Assembly: GCF_009914755.1 (NCBI RefSeq)
Contig: NC_060927.1
DNA: 64,000 bases
Direction: 5' to 3' (one strand)
Source: the human T2T-CHM13v2.0 reference genome, Homo sapiens
Each line of letters starts with the position of its first letter. Position 1 is the stretch's first letter. A model generated the notes under the pieces. It saw only the letters and a program-made list of their open reading frames with translations. It was not told where the DNA came from and searched no databases. Shown piece by piece: positions 59,423-64,000 of this stretch. Both the position numbers and the translations under genes were made by a program.

Positions 59423-59816
59423 GTGAGACTGGGCCTCAATGGGGCAGGGCAGGGTGGCACAGGGGCATGGCGGCATAGGCGGGTGACAAGGGGACATAGT
59501 GGCAGGGGGCGTGGCGGCATAGGCAGATGGCAAGGGGGCGTGGTGTAGCTGTAAGAGGGCATGGCGGGGGTGTGGCAGCGTGGGCATCTGCTGGGATCCC
59601 ACAGGACACAGAGTCAGGGGCCTAATTGGACAGGCAGAAGTGGAAGGGATCTCCGTTCCTGGCTGCCTGGAGATGTCAGAGAATCAGTGCCCTGACTGCC
59701 CTTCCACCTTCATCCTCCTTCCTAACTCCCTCATACACCACACCTTCCACCGCATACTCTTTGCATACCCCCAAGCCCCATGGGTTACATTTACTGAGCC
59801 CTTAAGAAAGGCCAGG

Positions 59817-59987
59817 CAAAAAAAAAAAAAAACAAAAAACAGAAGAAGAAGGAGGAGGAGGAGGAAAGAAGAAGAAAGAAGGAGGAGGAGGAGGAGGAAA
59901 GAAAAAGAAAGAAGGAGGAAGAGGAGGAGGTGGTGGTGGCAGAGGAGGAGGAGGAGGAGAAGAAGAAGAAGGAGAAGGAGAAGAAAA
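59817..59987 (+). repeat. Purine-rich (GAA/GGA)n low-complexity tract
   Basis: A-run followed by agaaga/ggagga repeats. Confidence 0.9.
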
Positions 59988-60656
59988 AGCCAGGCAGCTG
60001 CTGAGCCCTTTATATGCATTGTCTCATTTCCTCCTGATGCGGCTCTCTTCAGCAGGCACTATTCTATTACTCCTTCAGCTGAGGAGGACTCTTTAGCCTC
60101 AGAGAAGTTAACCAACTTGCACAGGGCCACACGGCAACTAAGTGAAAAAGCTGGGACTTCAACCCAGGCCTATGAGACACTAAAGCACCCAGTGCAGCCT
60201 TATAGCTGCAGCTGCCTAGTTGCTCGGGGTTTCCTGGCAGGAGAACCTCTTCTCATTGGGAGCCTTAGGCCTAGGTGGCCAAAGCACGAATACACTCAGA
60301 GCAAAGACAAGGACAATGATTCCTTGCCTGACCATGTGTCAGGCCACGTGTCTGGTATTGCGTCTTTTCTATAAGAGGCACGTGGTCAGACAGGGGATGT
60401 GCAGAGGGAGCAGCCAGGTGGAGCGGGATGGAAGCTGCGTATATGATTAGGAGATAAGGGTGTGCCCTGGCGGGAACAGAGGCACTCTACCGGGCTCTGA
60501 GGGGCTGTCTCTGGACCCAGTGCAGAGACGAGCAGAAGAAGCTTTGCCTGATCTCAACTGTCCAGAGCAGGTGGGGACACCCAGCAAGGCTGGATGCAAG
60601 GGCAGCCCTGGGGACCCTGACGTAACCATGGTTTTGTCCTCTTGGCCTCTGCACAG

Positions 60657-60825
60657 CCACTGAGTGGTTAGTGGGTGAGCACCGGGCCCACGCCATTATC
60701 CTGGGACACTGCTTTTTCGCTGTTGGGGCCATGTTGCTGACAGGGATCGCCTACGGTCTTCCCCACTGGCAGCTGCTGTTTCTGGTGGGTGGGATACTTG
60801 TGATCCCCTTCATCTCCTATATCTG
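60657..60825 (+). CDS. SLC22A14: SLC22A14 fourth coding exon (gene continues beyond the window)
   Basis: cacag|ATEWLVGEHRAHAIILGHCFF...ISYIW|gtgagc; 169 nt. Confidence 0.95.
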
Positions 60826-61798
60826 GTGAGCAAGCGAGTACAGGGCATGTACAGGGCTGGGTCTGATGGGCTGGATGTCGATGAGTATGGAGGGTCCTTG
60901 AAGCTGTGGGAATGGGTGGGATTTCCCCTGGGAGAAAGTGCATGTGGATGGGATGAGATAGGAAGGCACCAAGGGCAGAGCCTCTGAACCTCAGCATTAA
61001 CCTCCTCCCCGACCCAGAGAAGACCCTCAAAGAGATGTTAGAGAGGTGGTCAGAAAACCAGGAGGAAGAGTGTTGAAGGCCAAGGGGTTAAGGCCAAGGG
61101 AAGGGTCAGTGTTGAAGGTAAGAGGGGTGATGCTGGGAAAGGGTCTGCCAGCCTTGGTGACCTTCTTGAGGTGGCTTCACTGCAGTGGCAGAGGGTTGAG
61201 GAGTGACTAGGAGCAGAAGAAATTCAGCCAGGAGATGACTTTCTTAGAAAGAGGGAGAAAGGGATGATTTATATGGGCAACTAAGACAGAGTCAGGGAAG
61301 AGTATCAGATGTTTTGAGTGTAGGGGAGTCACAGACAGGAACCTAAGAGATTAAAGCTGGGAGAGGACAACTGATGGGGCAAAACTCGGAGGAATAAGGG
61401 TTGAGAACAAAAGTGAGATGCCAAAAGAAAGAAGGTTAACCTTGGGCAGGTGGGAAAAGAGAGGGACAAAACAGAAGGCAGAGAGGGAGGTGAGAAGAAG
61501 CTGAAAGAACCCACGTGTGAAGGGTTAGGCAGTTCTGCATGAAGCAATGATCATATTTAATCTTGAAATTATTACATTTAATCTTGACCCCTCTAGAAGA
61601 AGTATGCTACTCCCATGTCATGGGAGGTGGGGAGGAGGGAGAACTGAGGCTTCAGAGGGTGGAAATAACTTGTCTAACAGCACACAGCTAGAAAGTGGGG
61701 CACCTGGGATTTGAACTCAGGGGCTGTCTCCAAAGCCTCTGCATTTTAACTGTACCATATGTAGTAAGAATGATAAAAGATAGGGTTAACAGCATGGG

Positions 61799-62086
61799 GG
61801 CTGGGCGCAGTGGCTCATGCCTGTAATCCCAACACTTTGGGAGGCTGGGGTGGGAGGAGCGCTTGAGGCTAGGAGTTTGGGACCAGCCTGGGCAACATAG
61901 CAAGACCCTGCCTCTACACAAAATTTTAAAGTTAGCCAGGCATGGTGGCACACACTTGTAGTCCCAGCTACTTGGGAGGCTGAGGTGGGAGGATCACTTG
62001 AGCCCAGGAGATCATGGCTGCAGTGAGTTATGATTGTATTACTGCACTCCAGCCTGGGCAAAAGAGTGAGATCCTGTTTAAAAAAA
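61799..62086 (+). mobile_element. Alu (J-like)
   Basis: Alu consensus. Confidence 0.88.
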
Positions 62087-62959
62087 ATTTCAGTCCAGTT
62101 CAATTAAAAACTTTAATCTTACATCAGATCCACAGCTTTTTCCTGGCCCCTCGCTCAGGATAGTGGCCAAGGGGGATGAGGTCTGTTCTGACCTATTGTT
62201 CTTCCTCCTGTCTCCTTGTTCTGATTTTCCAGGTTCTAGGCATGGGATAGGGACATCAGATAAAATAGACCAAAGACTGACATGGCAGGGGCTATTATAG
62301 TCTCTCAGGGTCCTCTGTAGGGTAGATATTCAAATACCATCACTCTCGGGTCCATTCGTGGGTCTTCTGAGCATTGGAATTTCCTAATGCTCCCAGTGCT
62401 CTGTTTGTGACCTCCCTCAGCTCCTGTCCCTGGCAGTTCACCCCATAACCTCTTTCTGTAGGGGTCTCCTCATCCTAGCACATGGGGTGCCTTTAAGACA
62501 GCAGGGTCCACTTGGCCAAAAAACCCCACTGTTCCCCAGCCTCCACCCTGTTGTGGTGGGCTGCTCCAATCAACCTCCTGCCTTCATTATACCCAGATGA
62601 GAGATGGGCATCATTCTCCGGGTTTATGTAGGCCCTCAAACTCCAGGTGGCACATATTAACCCTCCTATAATCTCTCTCACTGTCTGGAATACCAGGACA
62701 AGCCCCCATGTTTCTGAATTAGCAAGTTCCAGCCAGAGTGGGATGGCAGATGTCCTTTTTCAAAGGCAGTCCCCGCATCTATCTAAGGAGTTCTCTTGAA
62801 CTCCCCTTTGCCTAGCTCGAGTAGATGAGAGTTGTATGGGGAGTGAGGAGGAGAGATTCAAGACCCTGTCACTTCCATGAACTGGATTCCCAGCCTCTAT
62901 TGGTAGGCTGTTAGCAGTGAGCACCAATGTACTATGGGTGCTGAAGGTCCCTCTTTTGA

Positions 62960-63530
62960 CCTAGTTGTGTCCCCTAGGCTTTGGCAGTCTGGGCCTGTGA
63001 TGGAAGGGGCAGTACCAATGATCTCTAATGTATCTTTGGGGTTATTCTTTTAGTGTCCTCAAGGATAGTGCCTGGCTTCCGCTGATTTGTACTGGCCTCC
63101 TTATCAAACAGTAGCTTGGCCACATCCTTGGTGTTCTCTCCCAAACACACTTTGTTATTCATGGAAAATGAATAAACAGCATGGCCAACATGAGCATTTG
63201 ACAAATCTTTAAGTTCTGCTTCCCTTTTAATTATAAATTCTAATTTGTTTCTCTCTTCTCACATTTTACTATAAGTAGTCAAGAGAAGCCATACCACACC
63301 CTCAACACTTTGCTTAGGGACTTCTTCTGCCAAATGTCCTATTTCATCACTTACAAGTTCCTTCTTTCACAAACACTAAGGCATGAATACAGTTCAGCCA
63401 AGCTCTTTGCCATTTTGTAGCAAGGATTGCCATTTCTCCAGTTTCTAATAGTTCCTCATTTGCATCTGAGACCTCATCAGAATGTCTTTATTGTCCATAT
63501 TTACGTCAACATTCTGTTCATGACCTCTTC
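62960..63530 (-). mobile_element. MaLR internal (MLT1/MST-int-like) fragment
   Basis: gggcctgtgatggaagggg, ttctgcttcccttttaattataa and ttcctcatttgcatctgagacctcatcag motifs. Confidence 0.55.
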
Positions 63531-64000
63531 AATGCATTTGTTACATTTCTCCCATTGTGTCCTCCCTCCCATTCTCTTTGTCCCTGAGAGTTGGTATCCT
63601 TTTCTTATACCTGTTTTTTCAGTGGACATGAGGCCAATCCCCCATCTTTTTGAAGAAGTCTCAGTTTAATGGCTTTCTTTAGGAGAGTTCCACAGCCTTA
63701 GAGTGGAAAATGATGACTGATTGCTGAACCCTGGTGGGAGAGAGGAGGAGCAGGGCAGGTATAAGGAATGAAGTTGTCTCTAGTGTCTTGAGTGTGTGTT
63801 TATGGCAACCAGCCAGAGTCCTGGTCGGGGAGGGAGTGCTGGTATAAGAAATCAGCAGGCACAGTTTTATTAAAAAGTTATACCACCTTAGGGGACTGAG
63901 GCTGTACCAGTCCCCAAGTACATAGCTCTGCCTCTGTGTCCTCGGGCAAGCCTTTTACTCCTTGAGCCTGGGAGTAAAATGGGGATAATCATACTAGGTC

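Noticed and set aside
59580-60374. 264-aa ORF with poly-Arg run
   Set aside because: Produced by the GA-rich repeat plus a MIR; stop-poor composition and no splice or homology support
62095-62950. Possible retrocopy or ERV fragment with a minus-strand ATTAAA near 62112
   Set aside because: Translations matched nothing I recognise and no TSD or tail was found; needs a BLAST/Dfam search

Overview
Human (or great-ape) genomic DNA, recognisable as the chr3p22 OXSR1-SLC22A13-SLC22A14 locus, with all three genes on the + strand. It contains the last four coding exons and 3' UTR of OXSR1, the complete 10-exon SLC22A13/OAT10 CDS (1656 nt, 551 aa, reconstructed from GT-AG junctions) and the first four coding exons of SLC22A14. 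Non-genic highlights are a two-LTR HERV-W/LTR17 provirus (41128-49035, minus strand, ATGT TSD) with a double pol/env deletion, a near full-length CDC42 retrocopy in SLC22A13 intron 1 carrying nested Alu and L1 insertions, and a U6 retrocopy back-to-back with an AluY at one palindromic L1-endonuclease site. Alu, L1, MIR and LTR relics are abundant. I see no evidence of a wholly new biological system. The best leads are regulatory or transcript-structure hypotheses: LTR-driven antisense transcription, an LTR-supplied poly(A) signal, and in-frame SLC22A13/14 chimeras. Repeat subfamily names and comparisons with reference proteins come from recall and were not searched.
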